Shown in pieces: positions 19,780 to 29,529 of a stretch of 64,000 nucleotides of DNA. The notes under the pieces are model-generated. The model worked only from the letters and a program-made list of their open reading frames with translations. It was not told the DNA's origin and did no database searches. The position numbers were made by a program, and so were the translations under genes. Origin of the DNA: Armatimonadota bacterium (GTDB lineage Bacteria > Armatimonadota > UBA5829 > DTLH01); contig JBBRAE010000005.1 in the NCBI GenBank assembly GCA_038207085.1, forward strand, positions 1-64,000, given 5' to 3'. Every line of letters starts with the position of its first letter. Position 1 is the stretch's first letter.

Positions 19780-20565
19780 CTATCCCCTAATCCCCATGCC
19801 TGTCGCTTGAATATACGGCTGGCCGTTATTGGTTACTCGGACGTAGCCTGTCACGTAGATACGGGCGCCGATATCGCGGACGGGGTCGAGGCGGTAGAGG
19901 CCGGTTACGTAGATGCAACCGGTTGCGTCACGGAAGGCCCAGTCGGATCGCGTCTTGGGTGGTCCGGGTCGGCACGAGGGGGAGTCGGGGTCTGGCCTGA
20001 AGCCCAGGAACGTGCCTTCCAGCTGCACCATATCCCCCTTGGATGTTTCCAGGTTTTCTAGAATCGCGATCACTGTCGTCAGTTTAATTGCGGCGGGGGC
20101 GATGGCGATCTGGATCGTGTCTTTGACGGGCGTCGGTCTCGGCTGAAACGTCGTCAGTTGCGCAAAGATGGAATAGGCGCCGGGGGTGAGCTTTTCGCCC
20201 TTGTCATTGGTCTGGTTCCAGGAAATGGAGAATGTCTTGCGCTCGCCGGCGGGGACTGTAAGCGAGGTTAGCATCTGGGCAAACGCGCGGCCATGAGACC
20301 ATCGCCAGACCTCGCGACCGTCTTTCACAGCCCACACGTCATACTGCAGCGCACTCGGGAAACGAAGCGTCACTGCCTCAGTTGCTCGGTTCTCGACGAT
20401 AAAGCTGATCACAACCGGCTCGCCGACTTTGTAGTCGGTCTTGTCGGCGCGCACGCCACTCAAAATCTGTTCGTTCACCTGCGCCTGATTTCCATTCGCC
20501 GCTCCCAACGTCGAGGAGATAACCATAATAGCTACTAAAAGAGCTTCGGACAACAATGTTCTCAT
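19780..20565 (-). CDS. secreted protein with BsuPI-like (intracellular proteinase inhibitor) Ig domain and C-terminal OB-like domain
   Basis: Signal peptide; TLRFPSALQYD..VWRWSHGRAFAQMLT..W..GAY. Confidence 0.7.
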   Translation of the reverse strand: MRTLLSEALLVAIMVISSTLGAANGNQAQVNEQILSGVRADKTDYKVGEPVVISFIVENRATEAVTLRFPSALQYDVWAVKDGREVWRWSHGRAFAQMLTSLTVPAGERKTFSISWNQTNDKGEKLTPGAYSIFAQLTTFQPRPTPVKDTIQIAIAPAAIKLTTVIAILENLETSKGDMVQLEGTFLGFRPDPDSPSCRPGPPKTRSDWAFRDATGCIYVTGLYRLDPVRDIGARIYVTGYVRVTNNGQPYIQATGMGIRG

Positions 20566-20643
20566 AACGAAGCCGCCTTTCCATCATGATTGTACCACCG
20601 GTTGAGGCTGCGCGAACCACAAAGGGAAACAATAGCTCCGGCG

Positions 20644-21426
20644 TTATTCTTTGGCCCGGTTCCAGACCTCTTCCATCTCTTCGATCGAGAGGTCTTCGAC
20701 GCGGCGGCCGGTCTCCCTTGCATGCTCTTCGATGCGGGTGAAGCGCGCTCCGAAGCGTTCGAGCATCTCGCGGAGCGACTCCTCGGCGTCGACTTTCGCC
20801 CACCGGGAGATGTTTACGACGGTAAAGAGCAGGTCGCCGATCTCGTGTTTGATGTGCTCGGTGTCGCCGGAGTCGATGGCCTCTTTCAGCTCGTCGGTCT
20901 CCTCGTGGAGCTTATCGAGGACGCCGGACATATCCGGCCACTCAAAGCCCGTTCGGGCGGCGCGTTTGGATATCTCAGTCGCGCGGAGCAGCGCGGGCAT
21001 GGACTTTGGAACCCCACCGATAGCCGAGGTGATCTCGACATTACCCGGTTCTTTTCGCTTGATCTCCTCCCAGTTGTGGAGCACATCGTCGACGCCTGAG
21101 ACTTCCACGTCCGAAAACACGTGGGGATGACGGCGCACGAGCTTCTTGCGGATCGTCTCGCATACCCCCGCGATGTCGAACCGGCCCTCTTCGCGCGCGA
21201 TCTGGGCGTGGAGGACGGCCTGTAGCATCAGGTCGCCGAGTTCTTCTTCGAGCTTGGTGTCGGAGCCCAGGTCTATCGCGTCGACGACCTCGTAGGCCTC
21301 CTCGATCACGTATTTGCGCAGGCTCTTGTGGTCCTGCTCGCGGTCCCAGGGGCAGCCCTCGGGGGAGCGAAGCATCTCGACCACGTCGACAAGCTTTGCG
21401 AACTCTTCTTTTGTGCGATCAGTCAT
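20644..21426 (-). CDS. mazG: nucleoside triphosphate pyrophosphohydrolase MazG
   Basis: LRSPEGCPWDREQ, EEAYEV, EELGDL, RRHPHVF, EIGDLLF. Confidence 0.95.
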   Translation of the reverse strand: MTDRTKEEFAKLVDVVEMLRSPEGCPWDREQDHKSLRKYVIEEAYEVVDAIDLGSDTKLEEELGDLMLQAVLHAQIAREEGRFDIAGVCETIRKKLVRRHPHVFSDVEVSGVDDVLHNWEEIKRKEPGNVEITSAIGGVPKSMPALLRATEISKRAARTGFEWPDMSGVLDKLHEETDELKEAIDSGDTEHIKHEIGDLLFTVVNISRWAKVDAEESLREMLERFGARFTRIEEHARETGRRVEDLSIEEMEEVWNRAKE

Positions 21427-22090
21427 TTGTTTCCAGCTCCGGCACGTATACGCTCGTGAGGTGATCGTAATCTCTGTGATCCATCATGTAGAGCGACATC
21501 TTCTCGACTGAGGCGTCCGCCCCACCCGCGCCTGAGATCACGTAGACCTCAAACTCGTCGGGGTAGACCTCCATCAGGGCGAGCTTGACGTCGCTTGCGA
21601 TGGAGCGGTCGTAGACCTGGTAGATCAGGTTGGGGCAGTCGCTTGCTGGGAGTGTGCTCGCAATCGCGAGCGCGTCGATCAATTTCAGGCCATCGTCGAC
21701 CGAGGCTGCAAGTGTCTCAAGACACGCCTCGACGAAACTCTGGCTTGGGGCGAACTTCAGGGGAATCCCTTCCTCCCGCGCGAGCTTTACGATCAGGGCG
21801 ACCGAGCGCTCCGCGACAAGAGGATGGCCCGGGACAGCGTAAGTTACCTCGCTTTCCCGGGCCTCACCTATCACTCTAAATGCTATGGATTGGTATACTT
21901 CGGCAAACTCTGAAGCCGACAGATAAATATCATCGAAGGTCTCGAACCGCAGTCCCCGCGCTGCAAGCTCCTCCGCCGCCGGGTGCTCCGCGGTTCTCAC
22001 CAGGAGCTTTTCGGCGGACTCTAGCGCCCTCATCGCCTGGGCCGACATAGCGTCTATCCCGGACGGTCCAAGACCTACGATTGTAATCAA
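21419..22090 (-). CDS. tetrapyrrole-methylase-like protein (YabN N-terminal half)
   Basis: ITIVGLGP, RTAEHP, YAVPGHPLVAE, QVYDRSIASDVKLALM, DHLTSVYVP. Confidence 0.9.
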   Translation of the reverse strand: MITIVGLGPSGIDAMSAQAMRALESAEKLLVRTAEHPAAEELAARGLRFETFDDIYLSASEFAEVYQSIAFRVIGEARESEVTYAVPGHPLVAERSVALIVKLAREEGIPLKFAPSQSFVEACLETLAASVDDGLKLIDALAIASTLPASDCPNLIYQVYDRSIASDVKLALMEVYPDEFEVYVISGAGGADASVEKMSLYMMDHRDYDHLTSVYVPELETND

Positions 22091-22101
22091 TCCCTGTTAT
22101 C

Positions 22102-23058
22102 CTACTTCTTCTTGTCGTCGGTCTTCTTCATAGCCGTGACGAGCGCCTTGTACTTGTCGTTGCTTGTTTCCATCTTGGTATCTTTGCGCATTGCTTGGAA
22201 CTTCTTGCCGATTTCAGGGTTTCTCTGGCCCGTTGCAAGTGCAAGTCCGTCGCGGATCTGGTCCTTGACATCGTTGAACGGCTTGACGTTTACGCCCTGA
22301 TGATCCAGGCACCTGATGATAACCCAGTCGGCAGCCTTGCCGTTGACGACCACCTGGAACGGTTCGCTAAGCTCACCCTTCCTCAGCTTGAACGCGACAT
22401 CCACAAGCTGCGCCGGGACGTTCTTCTGGCCGCGCCATACCCAGCCGAGTTCACCGGGGACTCTGCGGCTGCGGAGGGTGGGGTCGTCGCTCAAGTTCAA
22501 AACGACAGATGAGAAATCGGTTCCCTTCTTGATCTGCCCGTTCGCGGTGTCGATCTTCTTTTTGGTCTGGCAGACGATTGCGCCGATCTTGACGCGCTCG
22601 GGAGTGGTGAAGACCGTGGACTTGGTCTTGTCGTAGTAAGCGCGCGCCTGGGCATCGGTTACCTTGACCCCCTTGGTCACCACGTTGAACTGTGCGAGCT
22701 GAATCGTTACGAAATCTTTCTTGTACTGCTCCAGGCTTATGTTGGAAGCCTGCAGACGCTGAGCGAGGTTACCTTCTTTTTTCTCAAGGTTGACCCGCTT
22801 GTCTATCTGCGCCTCGGTCGGGGTTACCCCTTCCTTCTTGGCAAGCTGCATCCACAGCTTCTCATCGATCATCTGCTGTAGCACGACCATCCCCGCGGGG
22901 CCGCCGTTTACGGGAACGCTTTCGAGCTTGTTGTAAAACTCGTCTTTGGTGATCTTGTCATCACCGACTGTTGCCAAAGTATTCTTGCCGCATCCTGTCA
23001 GGCCCGTTGCAACCACGGCGCCGAGTGCGGCGACTACCGCCAACTTATTCCACTGCAT
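22102..23058 (-). CDS. PrsA/SurA-like parvulin PPIase lipoprotein
   Basis: Lipobox LTGC; SurA-N-like helices; parvulin-like SDD..GELGW, AFKL..GELSEP; ATG after GAGGAG. Confidence 0.8.
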   Translation of the reverse strand: MQWNKLAVVAALGAVVATGLTGCGKNTLATVGDDKITKDEFYNKLESVPVNGGPAGMVVLQQMIDEKLWMQLAKKEGVTPTEAQIDKRVNLEKKEGNLAQRLQASNISLEQYKKDFVTIQLAQFNVVTKGVKVTDAQARAYYDKTKSTVFTTPERVKIGAIVCQTKKKIDTANGQIKKGTDFSSVVLNLSDDPTLRSRRVPGELGWVWRGQKNVPAQLVDVAFKLRKGELSEPFQVVVNGKAADWVIIRCLDHQGVNVKPFNDVKDQIRDGLALATGQRNPEIGKKFQAMRKDTKMETSNDKYKALVTAMKKTDDKKK

Positions 23059-23177
23059 AGTGATGTGTTTCGACTCCTCTCTGGATAAAGAGATCAGATT
23101 TTGAGTTACAAGCAACTCGCGGCTCAAAGTTCGCACCGTTGCTTGCGGGAAAGGACATCGCAAAATCCGCTATGTCC

Positions 23178-23951
23178 TTAAGAGCGGAACAGCGCCACAT
23201 CCCTCTGCAAATAACCCCGCAGACGGAGCACCGCCTGAGTGTGTAGCTGATACACCCTCGATTCGGACACCTCAAGGATTTTTCCGATTTCCTTAAAGGT
23301 AAGTCCTTCATAATAGTACAACGTAAGTACCAGGTTTTCCCTGGGCGGCAGACGGTCTATAGCTTGTCCAAGCGACAGTTTCATCGCCTTGACCTCGACC
23401 TCCCCCAGGGTGTTCGAGTTTTCGTCGCGGATTACGTCGGCGAGCTGGATCTTTTCGTTGCCCTCGCTTGAAAGCACAATGTCATCAAGCGAAAGCAGCG
23501 AGGCGCGCCCCGTATCTGCAAGCACGGAATGGAACGAGTCTATGTCCATCCCAAGCGTCTGCGCGACTTCTTCATCCTCCGCCGGCCTGCCAAGTCGGCT
23601 CTCAAGGGACATATAGGCCCTCTCAAGCGCCTTGACACGCTCGCGAACAGACCGGGGAACCCAGTCCTCTTCACGGAGCATTTCAAGAATCGCTCCCCGG
23701 ATAAGGGCGATGGCGTAGGTCTCAAACTTGACCTGCCTGGACATATCGAACTGGTCGATAGCCTTGATGAGCCCTATCACGCCAGCGCCGATCAGGTCTT
23801 CCCTGTCGACGTTGGGCGGAAGGCTCGTCACCACCCTGCCCGCGGTTATCTTAACGAGGTAGGAGTACTGCGTAATGAGCGCATCCCTAGCCTTCTGGTC
23901 ACCCCAGACCTTATACCTGGACCATGCTTCTGCGAGTTCGGTTGCTTGCAT
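23178..23951 (-). CDS. RNA polymerase sigma factor, FliA/WhiG (sigma-28) family
   Basis: DLIGAGVIGLIKAIDQFD, KFETYA..IRGAILE.LR..DWVPRS, LYYYEGLTFKEIG.ILEVSESRVYQLH. Confidence 0.95.
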   Translation of the reverse strand: MQATELAEAWSRYKVWGDQKARDALITQYSYLVKITAGRVVTSLPPNVDREDLIGAGVIGLIKAIDQFDMSRQVKFETYAIALIRGAILEMLREEDWVPRSVRERVKALERAYMSLESRLGRPAEDEEVAQTLGMDIDSFHSVLADTGRASLLSLDDIVLSSEGNEKIQLADVIRDENSNTLGEVEVKAMKLSLGQAIDRLPPRENLVLTLYYYEGLTFKEIGKILEVSESRVYQLHTQAVLRLRGYLQRDVALFRS

Positions 23952-24095
23952 TCATTCTCTCCGCCGGTCACCGGCGCGCGTTATAACTAGCCATCTTCAT
24001 TCGTTTCACGAACAAAGCTCCTGGCATCAATTTGGTTCTTCCACAAACATTTACAAAATTTCCCGCAAAATTACCTGAGCAGGAAACCTGTGCAC

Positions 24096-24124
24096 ATGTT
24101 ATCGGACACACCCCGCATTGTCAA
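24096..24124 (-). promoter_or_regulatory. sigma-70-type promoter of the FliA/WhiG gene
   Basis: Minus strand TTGACA (24124-24119), 17 nt, TAACAT (24101-24096). Confidence 0.6.
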
Positions 24125-24268
24125 CAAGCGCTACCGTTTCGCCAACCGACGGACGCTGGCCTGCCTCATTTATCTATATTACGCAAGTTAGGCGCGAAAC
24201 ATTCCCATCAATACACAGCTAAATTATAAGATGACAAATAATCGCGCCGCATCCCAAGGCATCTACTC

Positions 24269-24383
24269 TTACAGAACACCTGGTGCAACTGCACCTCAAA
24301 TCTTACAGCACGGTTACATGCACCCTGAATATGCGTGCTAGCTTACAGGACGCTTGCATATACTCCCGGTGCTCTGATAAACT
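24269..24383 (+). promoter_or_regulatory. Pho-box-like direct repeats and promoter of pit
   Basis: TTACA at 24269, 24303, 24314, 24343 and TTGCA at 24354 (two pairs with 11-bp period); TG-A-TAAACT at 24375-24383. Confidence 0.55.
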
Positions 24384-24423
24384 ACTATGGTGCAATTCTG
24401 AAAGTGCGCACGGAGAGTAGAAT

Positions 24424-25437
24424 TTGCTGATCGCTATTATCGCAATTATTGTAGTGGCTCTGATATTCGACTATATCAACGGATTTCACGACGCCGCAAA
24501 CTCCATCGCGACGATTGTCGCGACCAAGGTCCTGACACCGCTTTGGGCTGTCGTGTGGGCGGCATTTTTCAACTTCATAGCCGCGTTTGTTTTCGAGCCG
24601 CACGTGGCAACGACAATCCAGGGCAAGATTGTGGAACAGAGCATAATCGACCCCGTGGTTGTCTTTGCAGCCCTTGCGGGGGCAATCATCTGGAACCTGA
24701 TCACCTGGTGGCTGGCGCTCCCTACAAGCTCAAGTCACGCGCTGATCGGCGGACTGGTCGGAGCGGCGCTCACCAAGTCCTGGCTCATAACCAAACATTT
24801 CAGCCTGGATGCTCTTAAGATGGACGGGCTGACAAGAGTCGTCTTGTTCATATTCCTTGCCCCGCTCTTTGGACTGATCCTTGGGCTTATCACAATGTCC
24901 ATTGTGTCGTGGACTTGCCGCAAGAAGGCCCGTGGGCGTGTCGATGGCTGGTTCAGGCGACTGCAGCTTGTTTCCGCTGCCGCTTACAGCCTCGGGCACG
25001 GTCTAAACGACGCGCAGAAAACGATGGGCATCATCTGGATGCTTCTGATCTTTATGAACCCAGTCAAGTATTCCGCGCACCTGCCTTTTTGGGTGATTAT
25101 CATCTGCCACGCGGCACTCGCAGCCGGAACGATGAGCGGAGGGTGGAGAATCGTCCACACAATGGGGATGAAGATCACCAAGCTTCAGCCACCCGGAGGC
25201 TTCAGCGCCGAGACCGCCGCGGCGATCACCCTGATCGGCGTCTCCCACCTCGGTATCCCCGTCAGCACCACCCATACCATCACCGGCGCGATCGTAGGCG
25301 TGGGGGCAACCAGGAGGCTTTCAGCGGTGCGCTGGGGAGTTGCCGGAAGAATCATCTGGGCGTGGGTTTTGACCATTCCGGCGTCGGCCATAGTTGGCAT
25401 GGTGTCATACCTTTTGGTCTATCCTTTCGTAAGATAA
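24424..25437 (+). CDS. pit: inorganic phosphate transporter, PiT family
   Basis: NGFHDAANSIAT, LPTSSSHALIGG, GHGLNDAQK, PVSTTH. Confidence 0.96.
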   Translation: MLIAIIAIIVVALIFDYINGFHDAANSIATIVATKVLTPLWAVVWAAFFNFIAAFVFEPHVATTIQGKIVEQSIIDPVVVFAALAGAIIWNLITWWLALPTSSSHALIGGLVGAALTKSWLITKHFSLDALKMDGLTRVVLFIFLAPLFGLILGLITMSIVSWTCRKKARGRVDGWFRRLQLVSAAAYSLGHGLNDAQKTMGIIWMLLIFMNPVKYSAHLPFWVIIICHAALAAGTMSGGWRIVHTMGMKITKLQPPGGFSAETAAAITLIGVSHLGIPVSTTHTITGAIVGVGATRRLSAVRWGVAGRIIWAWVLTIPASAIVGMVSYLLVYPFVR

Positions 25438-25500
25438 CCAGTGGCGCTTGCGCCGCAATAGACCATTAAGAGACAGCGCGGATAGCGCCGTCGACTTGAA
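25438..25500. repeat. GTGGCGC / GACGGCGC double-hairpin repeat, diverged copy
   Basis: Related to 29351-29437 and 51202-51260. Confidence 0.7.
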
Positions 25501-25527
25501 AACGAGTTTATAAAAAGAGGCATTACC

Positions 25528-26157
25528 GTGAAATTGAGATTGATACCGCACGAAGAGAATTTCTTCGAGTTGTTCAGTGAGCAGGCGGAAACTATTGTTG
25601 AAGCAGCCGATCTCCTGATCGAAATCATGCGCGATTACACCGATTTGCACCACAAAGTGCTGCAAATGAACAAAATCGAGCACAAGGCAGATGAGATCGC
25701 TCACCGCATTGTCGAGCGGCTGAACCTGACGTTCATCACGCCGATCGACTCCGAAGACATCCATTCGCTTTCTTCCGCGATCGACGACATCGTCGACTTC
25801 ATAGACGCCTCCGTCGAGCGGCTCGTGCTCTACAAGGTCAAGGCGCCGACTGAAGATGCGCGCCAGCTCGCGACGATTCTCCACCGCGCGTGCGAAGAGA
25901 CCCAAGCCGCCGTCGGCCAACTGAGCCAGTTTAAGAAGAAACCGGCAGCCATCAGGCAGAGCTGGATCGAGATCAACAGACTCGAAAACGAAGGCGACAT
26001 AGCAAGCCGTTCGGCTATCGCGAACTTGTTTGAGAACGAAACCAACGCAGTGGAAGTGATCAAATGGAAAGAGATCTATGAGCACCTCGAAACGGCGATC
26101 GACAAGTGCGAGGACGTCGCAAATATCTTGGAGCAGATCGTGCTGAAGCATTCGTGA
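25528..26157 (+). CDS. DUF47 phosphate transport regulator (PhoU-like)
   Basis: EHKAD, TFITPIDSEDI, DDIVD, ENEGD, IKWKEIYE.LE.A.DKCEDVA; adjacent to pit. Confidence 0.93.
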   Translation: MKLRLIPHEENFFELFSEQAETIVEAADLLIEIMRDYTDLHHKVLQMNKIEHKADEIAHRIVERLNLTFITPIDSEDIHSLSSAIDDIVDFIDASVERLVLYKVKAPTEDARQLATILHRACEETQAAVGQLSQFKKKPAAIRQSWIEINRLENEGDIASRSAIANLFENETNAVEVIKWKEIYEHLETAIDKCEDVANILEQIVLKHS

Positions 26158-26207
26158 GAAGGAGCTATTAGCAGTTTGGGGGGGTTGGCATAACCAATCG
26201 GCACTGC

Positions 26208-26366
26208 ACGTAGGGGCGGACCAGTGTGCCCGCCCTCCCCCGGCGACGGTGAATATGTCACCGATAGCCCCCAAAGCCGGCAATGGTCCGCAGTCGGATT
26301 GAGATAACCCACTGGTGACATATTGATCTCAGCGATCAAGGGCGCACACATTGGTGCGCCCCTACG
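26208..26366. repeat. inverted pair of GTAGGGGC...GCCCCTAC REP-like palindromes
   Basis: CGTAGGGGCGGACC..CCGCCC at the left end and GGGCGCAC..GTGCGCCCCTACG at the right end. Confidence 0.8.
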
Positions 26367-26424
26367 TAGTTGGCCTGTGCATTTTCCGACCCCGATGGCA
26401 CCTGATAGCTGACGGCTAATAGCT

Positions 26425-26461
26425 AAAAAAGCCCCCCATCCCGAAGGATGAGGGGCTTTTG
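26425..26461. terminator. bidirectional terminator between DUF47 and SLH-porin genes
   Basis: AAAAAAGCCCCCCATCC-CGAA-GGATGAGGGGCTTTT. Confidence 0.85.
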
Positions 26462-26487
26462 TTGTTCTTTAGCTTGTTCTAGAAAGA

Positions 26488-28410
26488 CTAGAACTTGGCC
26501 TGGAACTGAGCAACGGCAACCGCGCCCTTGTAAGCAGCTCCATTATTGTAGGGAGTGCCGACTTCGGTGTCGATGATCTGGTAGCTCAGGCTCATGCCTG
26601 CGCTCGGGTTGAACTGATGCGCGATACCGATAGTGATATAATCCTCATCACCATCAGTGCCGGTCTCGGAAGGACTCCACTCAGTTCTGTTCCAGCCGAG
26701 GCTCACGTTGTTGGTGCTGGCGAAGCCCCACTTGAGGGCGATCTCAGCGTTCCAAACATCATCATCAGTGTCATCCATGTAGATGACAGGATTGGTGATG
26801 TTATTAGCACCGCTGTAGAAGCGACCTTTGCCAACCAGGTTCAGGTTTGCACCAAGACCATAGTTGAGGTCCGCATACCAACCTTCGACGTTTGTCGGGT
26901 TGGTCCACATACCGAGCTTGTCCCAGTAGCCAGCGCCACCGAAGTTGTTCTCGACTGATTTCCAGCCAAGACCAACGCCGAGCTTGCCAAGACCAAAGCC
27001 TACGCTGTAGTCCTGTGCAGTGTTGTTATCGTCGATGTCAGCCGCGCCGGCGTCGCCGGTTGTGGTTGACTGCTCGTACTCAGCGCCCATCGCGAAGTTG
27101 CCAAGCATGAAGTTGGCATCTGCGCCCCAGATCTCGGCGTTGTCATACTGGGTAGCGGTAGTAGCAATCGGGCCTGCGGCCTGGATGTAGTTGATTCCGA
27201 GCTTGCCCTTGAACGGGGTTCCGAACGCAAGGCGAGCACCTGCAGCCTGGTCGACGGAACCAAGTCCACCAATACCATGGCCGCCTGCTGCATGGAAGAC
27301 CGTGGTGCCAAGCACGCCGGTGTCAGCAGGATCATACAGACCGACTGTCGGCTGGGAAACAAGTCCGATGCCGAGCAGGTCGTTCTGGTTGGTCTTTGCA
27401 GCCCAACCGGAAAGGTCAACTCCGCCCATTCTCCAAGCGAACTTGCCGCCGTCGAGGGGGTAGTTGCCGCTGTCGAGCTGGCTATCATACACGTAGCTGT
27501 CGATGTCGATCATCTTCAGGGTGTACTTGGTCATCTGGACAGGGATTCGACCGACGGAAACGCTGCCGCCACCAAGGCCGGCTTCTGCGTACATGTAGTA
27601 CGGGAAGAAGTCGTCGCCGGTGCCGGATGTCGGGCGTACGGTGTTCGAACCGGTGTAGTCAGTGATGACTCCACCGTGGTAGCCGAACAGGTAGTTGCCG
27701 AAGTTGATGTCGGCATGAGCTGTGAACGCAGGCGAGAGGCCAGCGGTCAACTGCAGGTCCATGTCACGGACGAAGCTGATCGCGTTGATCAGTTCGCCAG
27801 TTCCAGTGCCAGGGCCCTGGAGCGGGCGGCCGTCGATGTCGATCGGAGCGCCGGTATCCTGACTTGTAGCGATACCGAATACGTTCAGATCGCCGTTCCA
27901 TCTGACTCTGCGCTGTTCCTTCTCGACTGCATCAACGCGAGCAGCCAGAGCAGCAACGTCTCTCTTGAGAGCATCAACGTCAACGCCGAGGCCCGCGAGT
28001 TCGTCGCGGAACTCGTTGACGAGCTGCTGAAGAGCCTTGAAGTCGGCCTGGGTAACATAGTCGCCACCCTTAGGAGCGTTCTCCAGAGCGGTCACGCGGG
28101 AAGAAAGAGCGTTCAGCTCTTCCTTGCTCGCGAGGCCACCGAGCTCAGGAGAAGTTACTCTTGCAAGAACTCTCTCCTCAAGAACGGGGATCATTCTGGC
28201 GATTGCAGCTGCGAACTCGAAGCGAGTAAGAGCTCTCTTGCCTGAGAATGTGCCATCGGGGTATCCGATGATGATGCCGTCCTGCTGAAGGCTGTTGACG
28301 GCTTCGTAGGCCCAATGATCGGTGGGAACGTCCGAGAACGAACCCTGTGCAAACATCGGGGTGACGCAGCACACGCCAAGGACTACCAGTCCAATAAGTG
28401 TCTTTTTCAT
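26488..28410 (-). CDS. SLH-domain outer-membrane beta-barrel protein (OmpM/SlpA-like major envelope protein)
   Basis: Signal peptide; SLH FSDVPTDHWAYEAV..GYPDGTF..TRFE; coiled coil; beta-rich C-terminal region ending QFQAKF. Confidence 0.88.
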   Translation of the reverse strand: MKKTLIGLVVLGVCCVTPMFAQGSFSDVPTDHWAYEAVNSLQQDGIIIGYPDGTFSGKRALTRFEFAAAIARMIPVLEERVLARVTSPELGGLASKEELNALSSRVTALENAPKGGDYVTQADFKALQQLVNEFRDELAGLGVDVDALKRDVAALAARVDAVEKEQRRVRWNGDLNVFGIATSQDTGAPIDIDGRPLQGPGTGTGELINAISFVRDMDLQLTAGLSPAFTAHADINFGNYLFGYHGGVITDYTGSNTVRPTSGTGDDFFPYYMYAEAGLGGGSVSVGRIPVQMTKYTLKMIDIDSYVYDSQLDSGNYPLDGGKFAWRMGGVDLSGWAAKTNQNDLLGIGLVSQPTVGLYDPADTGVLGTTVFHAAGGHGIGGLGSVDQAAGARLAFGTPFKGKLGINYIQAAGPIATTATQYDNAEIWGADANFMLGNFAMGAEYEQSTTTGDAGAADIDDNNTAQDYSVGFGLGKLGVGLGWKSVENNFGGAGYWDKLGMWTNPTNVEGWYADLNYGLGANLNLVGKGRFYSGANNITNPVIYMDDTDDDVWNAEIALKWGFASTNNVSLGWNRTEWSPSETGTDGDEDYITIGIAHQFNPSAGMSLSYQIIDTEVGTPYNNGAAYKGAVAVAQFQAKF

Positions 28411-28620
28411 TAATTTACTCCTTGAATGTCTTTTCAGACTCGGCAGGAGGGAGCTAGTTTGTTTCAAACCTTTGCATGGTCAGTATCCAATGTTGCCTAA
28501 CCAACGCTCCGGTTCTCGATCGTGCTACCTCTCTGCCTATACTATCACTTGACGGCCGTTACAGGCATTCAAGGTTGTTTCACCTCCCTTCGACCTGTGC
28601 CGTTTCTAGCGCGATAGTCC
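28411..28620 (-). promoter_or_regulatory. long structured 5' leader with upstream SD and 11-aa uORF
   Basis: Inverted repeat 28420-28428/28566-28574 covers part of the SD; inner repeat 28442-28457/28524-28537; AAGGGAGGTGA (28590-28580) precedes TTG 28572. Confidence 0.5.
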
Positions 28621-28789
28621 GCTTGGTTGTAAGTCTCTCACCCATTTCAGGGTTTAAGACTATTAGCTTGTGACGCAGGCTTGTCTGCTTGATTCCCTTT
28701 TTTCGAAAATTTTACCGAAAAAAGTGCCCGCTTGCCACCACAGCTTGTTCTCTATGGTATGCCCGCTACACCAAGGAGTTAAACCCGAG

Positions 28790-29329
28790 CTACACGTTTT
28801 CGCTCACGATCGCGAAGTTTCCGAGCTTGTCCGCCGCAAACTCCGCTGTTCCGTCGGCCCTGAGAGTAACGGCAACCGGCGCTCCCGTTGACGTAACCAG
28901 CGGACGAAATACCGGCACGCGGTCGGTGTCGTCGGCGATCATGATAACGAGCCTGCGCCCCTGTGGAAGGGTGCGAGTCACAGGGATCCGCAGTATCACC
29001 GGAGCCGCAAGGGCAAGCGCGGGTCTTGGCGACTGGACGGTCTCTATACTCGCCGCGCCGACAAAGCCGAAACCCTGAGGGATCGTCGCGGCAAGCCCGA
29101 CCGGGGATGGGAACCGGGTAAAGCGCAGGAGTGTCGGGGTCTTTACCGCCGCCGAGACGGAGTTTACGAATATCCCCGTCTGCCCAACAAGCACAAAGTC
29201 ACCCGTCCCGGCAGGCGTGAGCTCAAGCGTGGAGCTCGCGGCCCGGCCGGTGTCGCCGGAGCCACCTCCACCGCCGCAGCCACTGAGCAGGACTGTCAAT
29301 ACAGCAAGAAACGCGGAAAATAGTCTCAT
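28790..29329 (-). CDS. hypothetical lipoprotein
   Basis: MRLFSAFLAVLTVLLSGC lipobox then poly-Gly; ATG after AAGGAGG. Confidence 0.75.
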   Translation of the reverse strand: MRLFSAFLAVLTVLLSGCGGGGGSGDTGRAASSTLELTPAGTGDFVLVGQTGIFVNSVSAAVKTPTLLRFTRFPSPVGLAATIPQGFGFVGAASIETVQSPRPALALAAPVILRIPVTRTLPQGRRLVIMIADDTDRVPVFRPLVTSTGAPVAVTLRADGTAEFAADKLGNFAIVSENV

Positions 29330-29350
29330 CGCCACTTCCTCCTTACCTCT

Positions 29351-29437
29351 GGTGGCGCATAGCGCCAGCCCTTTCGCAGCCTTTGGCTGCGAAAGGGCTT
29401 TGAGAGACGGCGCGGATAGCGCCGTCGATACCGAACA
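29351..29437. repeat. GTGGCGC / GACGGCGC double-hairpin repeat with an inserted extra hairpin
   Basis: GGTGGCGCATAGCGCCAGCC..GAGACGGCGCGGATAGCGCCGTCGATACCGAACA; compare 51202-51260. Confidence 0.85.
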
Positions 29438-29529
29438 CGCTAAACTCTTTCCTGTTCGCCCGCTGACTAAACCAAGCACTGGTTGAGTTGTGCGGATAAT
29501 GGGGAAAAGACAGCCTGAACGCTAGGAGG

